DNA of 64,000 nucleotides from Balamuthia mandrillaris (Eukaryota): the NCBI GenBank assembly GCA_031835245.2, contig JAVKOQ020000027.1, forward strand, positions 62,001-126,000, given 5' to 3'. Of this stretch, positions 11,986-23,527 are shown one piece after another. Made by a program: the position numbers and the translations under genes. The notes below the pieces were generated by a model. The model did not search any database and had not been told where the DNA came from. It worked only from the letters and a program-made list of their open reading frames with translations. Each line of letters starts with the position of its first letter. Position 1 is the first letter of the stretch.

Positions 11986-12084
11986 TAAAGCGGCGCCACG
12001 CAGCAAAATTTGGTGGGGAAAAAAAAGGACAACACTTTGCCTTCTCTGCTATTTTAGCTGGTGGCAATTTCTGTCGACTGCTTC
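11986..12084. repeat. 99-bp direct repeat, copy 1 (RasGAP/MCCC1 divergent promoter)
   Basis: Identical to 20008-20106 by base-by-base comparison. Confidence 0.95.
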
Positions 12085-12294
12085 GCTTACCTCCCCCGCC
12101 CCCGCAAGGCAGCAGTGGGGGAGAAGGATATTAGGGAAGGGGTGGTAAAGACCTCTATTAGGATGATAATTGGGGAATCCCCGCAGATGAGGATCCTTTC
12201 CCGTAAAAAGAACCAAGCGGGGGGAGGGAGGGGCACCACCACTAAAGCAAGCAGCAGCAGGAGCAGCAGTGGCAACAGTGGCACTCTTATCATC

Positions 12295-12392
12295 ATGATG
12301 CGACAGCATGCCTGTAGGCGAGGCGGCCTGCTTCAGGTTGGCATAATTACCAAGTCGTCTGTCCTTACCACGTACGTTTCCACTCTTTCCCA

Positions 12393-12483
<91 letters not shown>

Positions 12484-13300
12484 TTACTTTGCTGGCGCTG
12501 AAGCTGGGTGTGGGGTGGTGGTGGTGGTAGCGGCAGCAGCTCCTTCCCTTTTTCTTCCTTGGGTGTCACTTCTGTCCGCCATAGAAACAGCTTGGCAGGG
12601 GAAAGGCAAGGTACGCTAAAATATTACTGAGTGAGGTGAGGTGGAGTGGGTGAGGTTCATGCGGCTGGCCCTGAATATCAACCAGTTTCACTGATGCTCT
12701 TCTTCATTTCACCCCACAGCAACAGCCTCTACGAACACCAGAATGTTTGATAAGATTTTGGTGGCTAATAGAGGAGAGATAGCGTGCCGCGTCATGCGCA
12801 CTTGCAAAAAGCTTGGCGTTAAAGCAGTGGCGGTGTACAGTGAGGCTGATGCCAAAGCGCAACACGTTGCCATGGCAGATGAAGCTTTCTTGATTGGGCC
12901 TGCCCCAGCAAGACAGTCCTATTTACGAGGGGAGGCCATACTGGAAGTTGCCCGAAGAACGGGTGCACAGGTAGTCTTCCTTTCTTTCCTGTTATTATGC
13001 GCGCTGCACTCCGTTTTGAATGTTGCTGTGGTACCACCAGGCTATCCACCCTGGTTATGGTTTTCTCTCAGAAAACGCCACCTTTGCCGACATGTGCAGT
13101 CAGCATGACCTCGTCTTTATTGGTCCTCCTGCTTCTGCCATCACTGCCATGGGCTCTAAAAGGTATTTCTTCTTTGTCATGCGTGTGCTTCTATCCTACT
13201 ACTCTCTCCTGCTGTCTTCGTTCTTCCTTCTCTCATTCTTCTCCTCTAGTACTCTCTCCCTTCTCTTGTTACTTTTTCTGCTTCGTTGCTGCTCTTTCTC

Positions 13301-13338
<38 letters not shown>

Positions 13339-15834
13339 CTCTCTCTCTCTCTCTCTCTCTTTCTCCCTCTCTTTCGTGATGGCCGTTGATGCTTACTATG
13401 CTGTTAAATCGACAGCGAGTCGAAAAAGATAATGACGGCAGCGGCGGTGCCGGTGGTACCAGGCTACCATGGCTTGGACCAAGATGTAGCACGCCTAACT
13501 GCAGAGGCAGATCGCATCGGTTATCCAGTACTCATTAAAGCAATAATGGGCGGAGGAGGAAAAGGCATGCGCATTGTCCATTCTAGAGAGGAATTTGAGG
13601 AAGCTTTGCTTTCTGCTAAACGAGAGTCCATGGCCTCTTTTGGTGATGACCGTGTGTTAGTGGAAAAATACTTACAAAGGTAGACCTCTCTTTTAGTTGG
13701 TGGCTGTTCTGCTGCATTAACCATCGTTATTACTTTATTGCTGTTGGATGGATTGCACTTACGGTTGAAGGCCCCGCCATGTTGAGTTTCAAATCTTTGG
13801 AGACAGTTTTGGAAATGTTGTACATTTGAATGAAAGAGACTGTTCTGTACAAAGGAGACACCAAAAGATTTTGGAAGAAGCCCCCGCAGTATGTAGCCCC
13901 AGCCATAGTCTTTAGTTCTCATTTATCCAATCTAACGCAGACCAGCCAAACATCACAGACGAGCTGCGTAAAGCTATGGGATTAGCTGCTGTTAATGCTG
14001 CAAAAGCAGTTGGCTATGTGGGAGCAGGTACGTTAATTAGCCTTGTTGTATTGTGTTGCGCTGTTGGCGATGTGGTTGATATCCTGTGTTACGCAAAAAC
14101 ATAACATAGGCACTGTGGAATTTATACTGGATGAAGATGGCTCCTTTTACTTTATGGAAATGAACACGCGGCTACAAGTAGAGCACCCAGTAACAGAAAT
14201 GATAACTAATGTCGACTTGGTGGAATGGCAACTAAAGGTTGCATCTGGGCAAAGCCTTCCTTTGCAACAAGACCAAATCAACAGAAATGGACACGCCTTC
14301 GAGGCCAGGGTGTACGCCGAAAATCCTAACAGGTATTTGTTCGTTTGAAGTGTGACTGCTTGTCAGTTTTCTGCTGCCAATGCTAATGTAAAATTGGCCT
14401 GAAAAGAGGATTCCTGCCTGGCACCGGCAAGTTGGTTCATTTAAGTCCACCAAAGGCTGATCATCATCACGTCAGAGTAGAAACAGGCGTGAAACAAGGG
14501 GATGAGGTGTCTGTGTACTATGACCCTATGATTGCTAAGCTTGTTGTGTGGGACCGGGATAGAAACGCTGCCCTTCGACGTCTGAAACTTGCCCTGGAAG
14601 ATTATCAGGCAAATCTGGCTGCCTCCTCACTCTCTTGCTTTCCGCTTATTCTTTCTTTCCGTTCATTCTGACTTTACTTGTTGGGTTGTTCAGATTGTAG
14701 GCTTGAATACCAACATTGAGTTTCTGCAAAAGCTAGCCATGCACCCTTCCTTTATTGCTGGAGAGGTAGAAACTGGCTTTATTCAGGTACCTGCAATTTC
14801 GTACGCAGAGTTTTCTTTGTTTGTGTATTTATTGTTCATTTCTGATATTTTATTCTTTGTACACAGCGCCACCATAAAGAGTTGTTCGAACCAGCACAAC
14901 CACCATCCACACAGGAGCTTGCCCTTGCTGCTCTTTATGTACTCCATGAAGAGAAGGAAGATGCATCACAATCAGCTTTTGCTACAAGTACTAAATCCTG
15001 ACGATACTTTTCGTGACAATCATGATGCTTTGAAGCTGACCGTTACGTCCTACATCAGGTCCTTGGTCCCAGTTGACGGGATGGCGCAGCAACGAGCAAG
15101 CAGAGCGAGAACTTAAGTTCTTATACAACGAAAACGAGGAAACTGGTGAAAGTGGTGATAGGCCACAAACCTGCTCTGTCCATGTGACTTACTGTGGCAA
15201 TGATCAATTCGAGCTTCGAACTTCCTCCTCACTTGCAAAACAAGAAGATACGACCCATGCAAGTGCTAGGCAGCAGCAACAAGGCATCCTTGCTACCTCT
15301 GTTCAATATGACAAATCTAGTGGCAAAATAAGTGCGCAAGTGGGTGGAGAGACAGTGAAGGCCCGCCTGGTTAGAGATGGCAGCACATTGCATATTTTCC
15401 ACAATGGCATCAAACACACCCTAAATATCCCTGTGGTTCGCCATAGTCTTTCCGCTCATTCCAAAGGCAGCTTGTTTGCCCCGATGCCTGGCAAGATCAT
15501 CAAAGTCATCGTCAAGCCTGGCCAAAGGGTCCAGAAAGGTCAACCCGTTGTCATTATGGAAGCTATGAAGATGGAGGTTTGCTCACCATACTTTTCGTCC
15601 CTTCGTTTGTTATTCACCTTCTTCTTGTTCTTGTTCTTGTTCTTCTTGTTCTTCGTGTTCTTCTTCTTCTTCTTCTTCTTCTTCCCTTTTTACAACACCT
15701 TCACCACTAATGCATCCCAACAGCACACCATTCGCAGCGCAGAGGATGGCGTTGTCAAGAGCGTTCACTGTGCACCAGAGGAATTTGTAGCCAACAAGCA
15801 TTGCCTTGTTAGAATGGAAGGAGAGGAGCAATGA
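12295..15834 (+). CDS. MCCC1: Methylcrotonyl-CoA carboxylase alpha (biotin-containing) subunit, multi-exon
   Basis: [53 protein letters not shown] and the biotin site EAMKME. The N-terminus resembles a mitochondrial presequence. One GC-AG intron at 14609-14693. Confidence 0.9.
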
Positions 15835-16005
15835 TCCTTCTTTCCCTGCTTGCCTGCCTGCCTGCCTGCCTGCCTGTTGGGTGTAACACGAATTCCCCTC
15901 TCCTCTTTTTTTTGTTGTGGCAGCAAAAACCAAAGAAATAAAGTACACGCAAAAGCGTTGGGGTGACCAAACAACCCACTGACAAGCATAGGCTAGGGGA
16001 GAGAA

Positions 16006-18010
16006 ATGAAGGGCAGCCATGATACACCACCACCCCCCTTGAGCGGGATGCCTCAGCCCTCGCAGAAGCAAGAGGAACACGAGATTTGTGCGGTTGTAGT
16101 GCTGGGCTGCACGGGCACGGGCAAGTCTCGTCTCGCCATCCAACTAGCCAAAGCTTTGCAAGGGGAGGTTATTAGTGCTGACTCTATGCAGGTCTACAAA
16201 GGCTTTCACATCGCCACCGCCAAAGGTTCCCATCTCCTCCTATCTTCCAAATCTTTGGCTACAGGCTGCTCACTGAAGGTTGGCTGATTGGGTGGGTCCC
16301 AATAGTTACACAGGAGGAGATGGAGGGAGTTCCTCATCACCTCCTCGACTTTGTAGAACCCACGGACACCAGTTTCAACGTGAGTTCTTACTGCAGATTG
16401 GCTTTACCGTTGGTGCGCACTTCACCCTTTTCTTCTCAGTCATGTCTTCGGAACTGTTGTTGTAGTAGTAGTGATTGTATAACAGCATGCGCCTCACCCT
16501 CCCTCCAAAATGCAACTTTACAACCACGAACAACAAGGTGGAGGAACTGGCCGTTCCTCCCCGTTGCACCCTTCCAATCATTGCCGGAGGCACCAACTAC
16601 TACTTGGAAGGACTGCTGTGGCAAGACAGTCTTTTGTTCCCAGATGCCACCGCTACTGCCACCACAGAAATTCCGCTGGACAAGCGTGCAGACTCCACTG
16701 ACCTCCTCCGAGAGCTTGCGATGGTAGATCCTGTCATGGCAGAGCGCTTGCACCCGGAAGACCACCGCAAAATTGCTAACAGCCTACATGTATGCCTCTT
16801 ATTTTGTTTGGTTCCGCTTCTTTCTTGCTTCCTTCCTTCCTCCTCCTGTCTCGATGAAGAGTGCTCCTACAGCGTACCTTCCCACATCCATATGCAGGTG
16901 TTTAAGCAAACTGGCAAAAAACACAGCGAGCTGCTACGACAAAAGCCAAAGCCAACTCTAAGGTTTGTGCATGCCGTACATCCTCACACTCCTCTCATTG
17001 TAAGAGCGCTTTCAAAGGTTTCCCACTTGCTTCCTGTGGATTGACTGCAAGATGGATGTACTCGACGCTCGCTTGGACCGGCGAGTGGACACTATGATGG
17101 AGGTTTGTTTGACAACGTAAATACCCCACCCTCCACTATCTCACCCCCCCCCCAACATCACAGAATGGCCTGCTGAAGGAGGTGGAACAGCTGCAAGATC
17201 TATTTTTGCAAAAAGGGATACACCTTGATTATAGCTCTGGCATTTTACAATCCATTGGTTCGTACTTGTTAGTGAAGAGGAAAAAGGTGATACAAAGTCA
17301 AACATTAACCCTCAACCCCGAACGTGACAGGTTATAAGGAATTTGCGCCTTACTTTCAGGCTAAATCCACTATGAAGGAAACGCAAGAGGATGAGCTTAA
17401 TGCAATTCTACGAGAATGTGTGGCAGCACTGAAGAGGCGAACAAGGCGCTATGCCAAAACGCAAAGAGCATGGATAAGAAACAAGTTTCTTCCACGAACA
17501 CCCATATTTTTAGTAGACTCAACACGGCTCGATCAGTGGGACGAGCAGGTGCTAAATCCTGCCCTCCACTTTGTGCAAGAATGGCATGCACAAGTATGCA
17601 ACAAGCAGCACCACGGAAAGAATCTCGTTGAGTTTTTTGCTGGCTTATCAGTTCATGCAGAGAAGTTATTGCTGCCCTTTCCCGGCCTTCATCCGCCTAT
17701 GGAGAGAGACCAAGAAGAGCGGGGACACAAACGAGCAGGGGAGGAAGAAGAAGACGGGTTGGAAGGTCAGCAACAGTCCACCGGTTTCCCTTGGAAGATT
17801 TTTACTTGTCAAGAATGCAACGGGAGGAAGCTTAGAGGAATCAAAGAGTGGGAGGCTCACATCCGCTCCAGATCACACCGACGACACCGACAAAAGAAAA
17901 CACGACGCAATAATACAAATCAAGGTGACGTTGATGCCATCAAACTTGCGACAACCGAAAAAGACGAGGAACAAGCAGACAAAACGGAAGGCTTAACAAG
18001 GCGTAACTGA
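16006..18010 (+). CDS. TRIT1: tRNA dimethylallyltransferase (MiaA/MOD5/TRIT1), multi-exon
   Basis: [38 protein letters not shown] and [11 protein letters not shown], plus the eukaryote-type C-terminal zinc finger [14 protein letters not shown]. Confidence 0.92.
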
Positions 18011-18211
18011 CAGCCGGTTCTTCCGCAAAACCCCACCGTGTTGCCTGTGGCAAGGAAACGTTAGCAAACGCTTGCAAATTGCAAACGGAACGAAAGAATA
18101 CGAAGAGAGAAGAGTAAAACGAGCATGAAACAAAAACTGCTCACCCGGTACTCAATTGGACATCCCACTCCAAAAATAATAATTGGAGTGCCCATGAACG
18201 AGCAACCCTGC

Positions 18212-18425
18212 CTAACTTGTCCCAGGGGACTGAAAGAGGTATTTGATGAGGTCTGCAACCACCGTTATGCTAAGGCTGTTGCCTAGCAGTCTGTACCGCT
18301 GCTTTATGGTGACGTCGGCGGGAAAGCTAAACAGCGATGGAAAGCCCAACAAATTCGCGACTTCCCCTGTCGTATGTTTGTGAACTTCAGTTGCTAAATA
18401 AACGACCCTCAAAGACAGAAACCGC

Positions 18426-18476
<51 letters not shown>

Positions 18477-19974
18477 AAGAAGGCACTAACTAGGTGTAAA
18501 AAATCGCAGTGGCAGAGAGCAGACGAATTCTGTATCAGCAAAATCTATTTCATTCACCGAAAGCTGGGCGGGAGATCATCCTTAGTGCGAACAAAGTTAT
18601 GGATCCAGAGGGTGCCAGCAAAACCTACCTCACAGGAGGTTGATGAAAGCAAGAGTGGACCAGCCGCCCAAAAGTTCTGGCCATAGCCCTTAGTAAAGCA
18701 GCTCGAAGTCATGCTCTCCGGTGACACAATGTCTGTAGGCAGGCAACGCGAGGAATGAGCAGTGAAAAGCCAACTAGTGGAAAGAGGAAAGCAGTAACAC
18801 CAACCATGACGATATCCCACGGACCTGAAAAAGGAAGGGGGAACCGCAAAGCAGGACGAGGGTTGGTCGTCACTGCCCTTCTCTAGAAAAGATGACAAAG
18901 GTAGGCAAGTAGATGCATGGCCTCGGTAATCGTTACCCGGTTGAGGTGGTAACAGTCCAGCTAAATTTTCAATCAGTTGGCCGGCGCCATCGTAAAATGA
19001 TCCCTTGTGCATTGCCTTTTTTTGGTGTGGATGACCACATGGGTGATAGAAAGAGGGGATTACCATCCACAAGAAGGAAGGAACGAACGAAGACAACAAA
19101 AGACAACAAAAGGCAGCATACGACAACATAAGACAACATAGCCAACGATGGAACCTTAGCAAGGCAATAGTAACGCAAGCGTTGATTCGGCACTCCGAAT
19201 TGGGTTGGAGTAAGCAAAAAGTGTTGATGGGCGTAGTTGCAGTAATCTAACACCTGGGTTAGCACCTGGCAAGTGTCACTTTGTTCAAAACCCTTCACAT
19301 TCTCCAGCAATAGATAAGTTGGGCGTGATGATGCTGGCAGCATTTGGAGAAGCGAAAGAAGGTGCAATAAACTGTTTGTCCGGTTATCTTGGTTACCGCG
19401 TTGCAGGCCTGCCTGGTTGCAGCCGGTGTCAGCAGGGGACGGATATTTGTATGTTTAGTCGACAACAACCTGATCAACTCAGAAGAGGGGAAGGACGTGC
19501 CTGCACGAGTGTAGGGCTGACAAGGTGGTGACAAAAGATAGAGATCCGCTTCATAGCGAGTAAGTTCTTCCACGGTCAAGTGCTCGATTGCTTTCTGGAG
19601 GAGGGGGAGGTGGGCAAGAAACACAAACACACACATTCACACATAAATAGCTCTCTGTGGAGAAGCTACGTACACTGCTTGGCTCTTCTCCAAAATTATG
19701 TGAGTAAACGCGGTTGGCCACTTGGTTCATATCAAAGGCCTGCACGACAGTGGCAGCTACTCCTGACTGTAGCAAAGAATATCGCTGGCAGGGAGGTGTC
19801 AGTCCCCAAACAATAAACTCATTCAAGCACACATACCATGCCCCCTATCCCTGAATAAAACTCCAGCACCCGCAACGTTTGCTTCTTGTTTGTTTTATGT
19901 TCTTCTGCATCACATTGTTGTAGCATGTGGGTGGTATTGGATTCTGTTGTATCCTCCTGTCGCTTTTGTTCCAT
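18212..19974 (-). CDS. TRDMT1: DNMT2 tRNA (cytosine-38-C5) methyltransferase, multi-exon
   Basis: LEFYSGIGGM, SPPCQPYTR, LLENVKGFE, PNQRLRYY, the DNMT2-specific CFTKGY, LRFFTPREVANLLGFP and RYRLLGNS. GC-AG intron at 19409-19500. Confidence 0.92.
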
Positions 19975-20007
19975 TGAAGCAAGCTTTCTCGTGGGGTGGT
20001 GGGGGAG

Positions 20008-20106
20008 TAAAGCGGCGCCACGCAGCAAAATTTGGTGGGGAAAAAAAAGGACAACACTTTGCCTTCTCTGCTATTTTAGCTGGTGGCAATTTCTGTCGAC
20101 TGCTTC
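20008..20106. repeat. 99-bp direct repeat, copy 2 (DNMT2/Rac divergent promoter)
   Basis: Identical to 11986-12084. Confidence 0.95.
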
Positions 20107-20269
20107 ACTTTAGTGGGGGGAGAGACGAGAAAGACCAGCAGCAGCAAGGAGGAGCCACCGAGCAGGGTTGAGAGACCGCCCTTGATCTTCGCCGCCGCTT
20201 CTTTGTTTTGCTATTTGTGGGACTTTGTAGCGCGGTTCTGGCCTGAATAATTCAGTGAACGCGACTTCC

Positions 20270-21614
20270 ATGCAAGCTCAATCTGCCAAGTGCGTCGTGG
20301 TTGGGGACGGCGCTGTTGGTTAGCCTATCCCTTCTTCGAAGTCATATAGTTTATGTCGTGTTTTTGTTCCTTTCTACTTTGTTTTTTTTTTTTGAGTTGT
20401 GTTGTTCTTCTTTCTCCTTTCTTCTTGCCCTTGCTTTGTGGTTATCATTTCCTACTTGTTCTTGTTCTTCGTGTTCTTCTTCTTCTTCTTGTTCTTCTTC
20501 GTGTTCTTCTTCTTCTTTCTTCTTTCTTCTTTCTTCTTTCTTCTTTCTTCTTTCTTCTTTCTTCTTTCTTCTTTCTTCTTTCTTCTTTCTTCTTTCTTCT
20601 TTCTTCTTTCTTCTTTCTTCTTTCTTCTTTCTTCTTTCTCCTTCTTCGTGTGATTACTTCCTTTATTCTTTTCTTATTCTTTCTTGTTGTGCTGCGGCTG
20701 CTTAAAGGCAAAACATGTTTGTTAGCAACATATTCTCGGGACGAGTTCCCATATGAGTATGTGCCTACTGTATTTGACAACTACGAAACTGCCGTCATGG
20801 TAAGTTGGGCGTGTTAAAGTAATTGTGAAGTTATGCTTTCTTTTTGCTCATTTCATGTAACAAATGTTTCAGATCGATGGAATTTGCTACAATCTAAACC
20901 TTTGGGACACAGGTAAACCAGCTCTCTCCTATATTAATCATCCTGGCATTGGCGGTGGCAAGGCGTAGCTGACTGACGCGATTTGCATTTGTGTTTTTAA
21001 AACCTCTCGGTCTTGGTTCTTGCCATTCATCTCAACGGCATCGGCACCCTCAGCTGGCCAAGAAGGTAAGCGATAGGTCCAATCGGTGAGTTCTCTTCTC
21101 TCAAGCTAACAAAGTACAAAACTAGAATACGACAAGCTACGTCACTTAAGCTATCCAGAGACTGACATATTTCTGGTATGCTTTTCGGTGGTGGATCCAG
21201 ATTCCTTCTCCAATGTGTCCTCCCGGGTATGTACCCCATGCCGCTATTTTGTGGTCAACGCCCTAACGTCTTGCCAATCACGTGGTGCATGTTGAGGACG
21301 TATAGTGGGTAAAGGAGTTGCGAGAGCACTGTGCCTCAACCCCAATACTTTTGGTGGGCACTAAGGTGGACCTGCGAGGAGACTCAGCCACAGTGAGCGG
21401 ACTGGCTTCACAGGGCAAAAAGGTCATCACCACGGCAGAGGGAAGCAAGCTCGCTGCTGACATCAGAGCCGTTAAGTATGTTGAATGTAGTGCTTTAACT
21501 CAACAAGGAGTCAAGACGGTGTTTGATGAAGCCTTGCGATGTGTTATCCGGGGTCGAGGGGGCAAAGCTGGCAGCTCTTCTGCTGATAACTCCAAGTGTT
21601 GTACATTGTTTTGA
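20270..21614 (+). CDS. Rho/Rac family GTPase, multi-exon
   Basis: [50 protein letters not shown] and C-terminal CAAX CTLF. Includes a 12-nt microexon at 21054-21065. Confidence 0.95.
20455..20646. repeat. Intronic (TTC/TTTC)n microsatellite
   Basis: Directly visible in Rac intron 1. Confidence 0.9.
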
Positions 21615-21945
21615 TGGTGGTGGGGGTTTTTTTTTCCTAGAAGCAATTGGCCATCCACTTTAGTGGTTGTTTGGCACGTTTTCTTTCTTCCTCGTTGCTC
21701 TCTCCCTCTCTCCCTCTCTCCCTCTCTTCTCTCTATCTCTCTTCTCTCTTCTCTGCTTCACTCTCCCTGTTCTCCCTCTCTTTTCTCTCTTCTCTCTCTT
21801 CTCTCCTCTCTCTTCTCTCCCTCTCTCCATCTCTCCATCTCTCCATCTCTCTTCTCTCTTTTCTCCGTTTTTCCACGGTAGATCTCGATTAGAGCAAGAT
21901 CAAGATGAAAGCCTCCATCTGATCTAAGCATTAATGCCTTACAGC

Positions 21946-22106
21946 GACCCTCGGTCATCGGAGTTATCCTAAAACGGAGTTAGGCAATAATTAATGAGCA
22001 AGCAACCAATGGTGGCATTTGGTGAATGCTAGCCATTGGTCCTTGGATGTAATTCATTAACCAACCTACCAATGTTTCGGGTAGGGACTGTTATTATCCG
22101 AGGGTC
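21946..22106 (+). ncRNA. Candidate structured non-coding RNA (multi-stem, unassigned)
   Basis: Nested helices GACCCTCGG/CCGAGGGTC, CCTAA/TTAGG, AATAA/TTATT, TTAATGAG/TTCATTAA, CAAG/CTTG, ACCAATGG-TGGCATT/AATGCTA-G-CCATTGGT and CCTACC/GGTAGG. G-U pairs favour the + strand and a T5 run follows at 22120. Confidence 0.5.
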
Positions 22107-22232
22107 ACCCGCCCCGTCATTTTTCTCAATTTCTGGGCTTGTCTGTTACCCGCAGTTACTTAACGTGCCGGTAAAACAGAAATAGCTTCCTTTTGCTAGT
22201 CTGACCGACAAAACAAAACAACTACACACACA

Positions 22233-22490
22233 ATGGGAAACTTACTTGATTGCTTGGGCAAGGGCATCGAGCCTCCCCCTAACTTGGTCGACGCTGAGAC
22301 CGCCGAAAAGATTGCTGAGGCTCTGAAGGAAGCCCTCGAGAACTTTCCAGAGGTCTTTAGACATGAGAAACATAACATCATATGGTACCATACCGCCCTC
22401 CGCTTGACCTTTATATTTGTGTTGTCGTTCGGAGCGAGCGAGCGAGTGAGTTGTAGTGAGAGAGAGAGAGAGAGAGAATGAGATAGAGAT

Positions 22491-22522
<32 letters not shown>

Positions 22523-23302
22523 TTGGAGTTTCGTGTGCGGTGCCAGCTTAACATGGCAAATGCCGGCTGCTCTGCTAGCGGGCGTGGGGGTTGCTTTTCC
22601 AGTGATCTTACTAACCACTTTTCTCGCCGAATTTACAGGGAGATGCATCAAGCGGACGGGGAATACAAACACGAAGTCTTTGGCGACGTGTTGAAGAAGG
22701 AGGAGTGGGATGAAAACCAAAGCAAAGTTGACGAGTTGGCCCTCAAAGTGGCTGCTGGCGAGTCTTTGAAGGAAGCACTAATTGGAGTGGTTCAGGATAT
22801 TGTTGGAGAGGAGATCGACAGAAAACTGGAAGAAGTGGAGAGCGAAATGGTGAAGAAGACCGCCAAGAAAGCGGCTGATACTGCCATCGAAAAGCTCATT
22901 AACAAAGCTGTGGACGAAGCCCTAAAGGAGCTCCGGAAAAAGTTGGAGGACTTTGCCGAGAAGAACATCCCCGACGCCAAGCCTGGTGCCAACTCCGCCT
23001 TGGCTGCCCTCAAGGGTGGCAAGAAGGCCGTTAAGAAGGCTGCCAAGGCTGCTTCCAACGATTCCGAGTCGGAATCTGAATCCGAATCCGAATCCGAGGA
23101 AGAGGGCGAACAAAAGAGCGAGGCCAAGAGCGAGGCCAAGAGTGAGGCCAAGAGCGAGGAGAAAGCTGGCGAGGAATCTGAATCCGAGTCGGAGTCCGAG
23201 TCCGAGGAGGAAGAGAGCAAGGGAGAAAGCAAGGGCGAAGAGGAGAGCAAGGGAGAGGAGGAATCTGAATCCGAATCCGAGTCGGAGGAGAGCGATGAAT
23301 AA
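22233..23302 (+). CDS. Uncharacterised helical protein with N-terminal acylation motif and acidic (ES)n tail, 2 exons
   Basis: MGNLLDC start. The GT-AG intron 22385-22638 joins the two frames. Codon usage is strongly C/G-ending. Confidence 0.75.
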
Positions 23303-23527
23303 ATTTACCCCCTCACTTGATATCTTATATCTTCACCACGCAACTACTGTTTTCACGTTGCAACTGACAACAACGACAAGAACTTCTTTTGTGTACTATT
23401 CCCTTTTGCTGTTCTCCCTCTATTCTCTCTTAGCAAATTGAAGAAGATTCCTATCTTACAAGGCGAGGTATATTTTTATTTTTTTTCAATGGGGGCATAA
23501 TAATAAGCAAGCATTTCGCTTGGGTGG

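Noticed and set aside
12019..12073. AAAAAGGAC...AATTTCTG in the 99-bp repeat as a possible U11 snRNA
   Set aside because: The spacing is too short for the U11 stem-loops and the copies diverge right after, leaving no 3' stem-loop.
18530..18630. DNMT2 junction where the best GT donor does not restore the conserved frame, suggesting recoding or a 13-nt intron
   Set aside because: A weaker nearby donor/acceptor pair or a single-base assembly error explains it, and it cannot be resolved without transcripts.
21934..21945. ATGCCTTA resembling the 5' end of U12 snRNA
   Set aside because: The following branch-pairing sequence (GAGTAAGGA) is absent.
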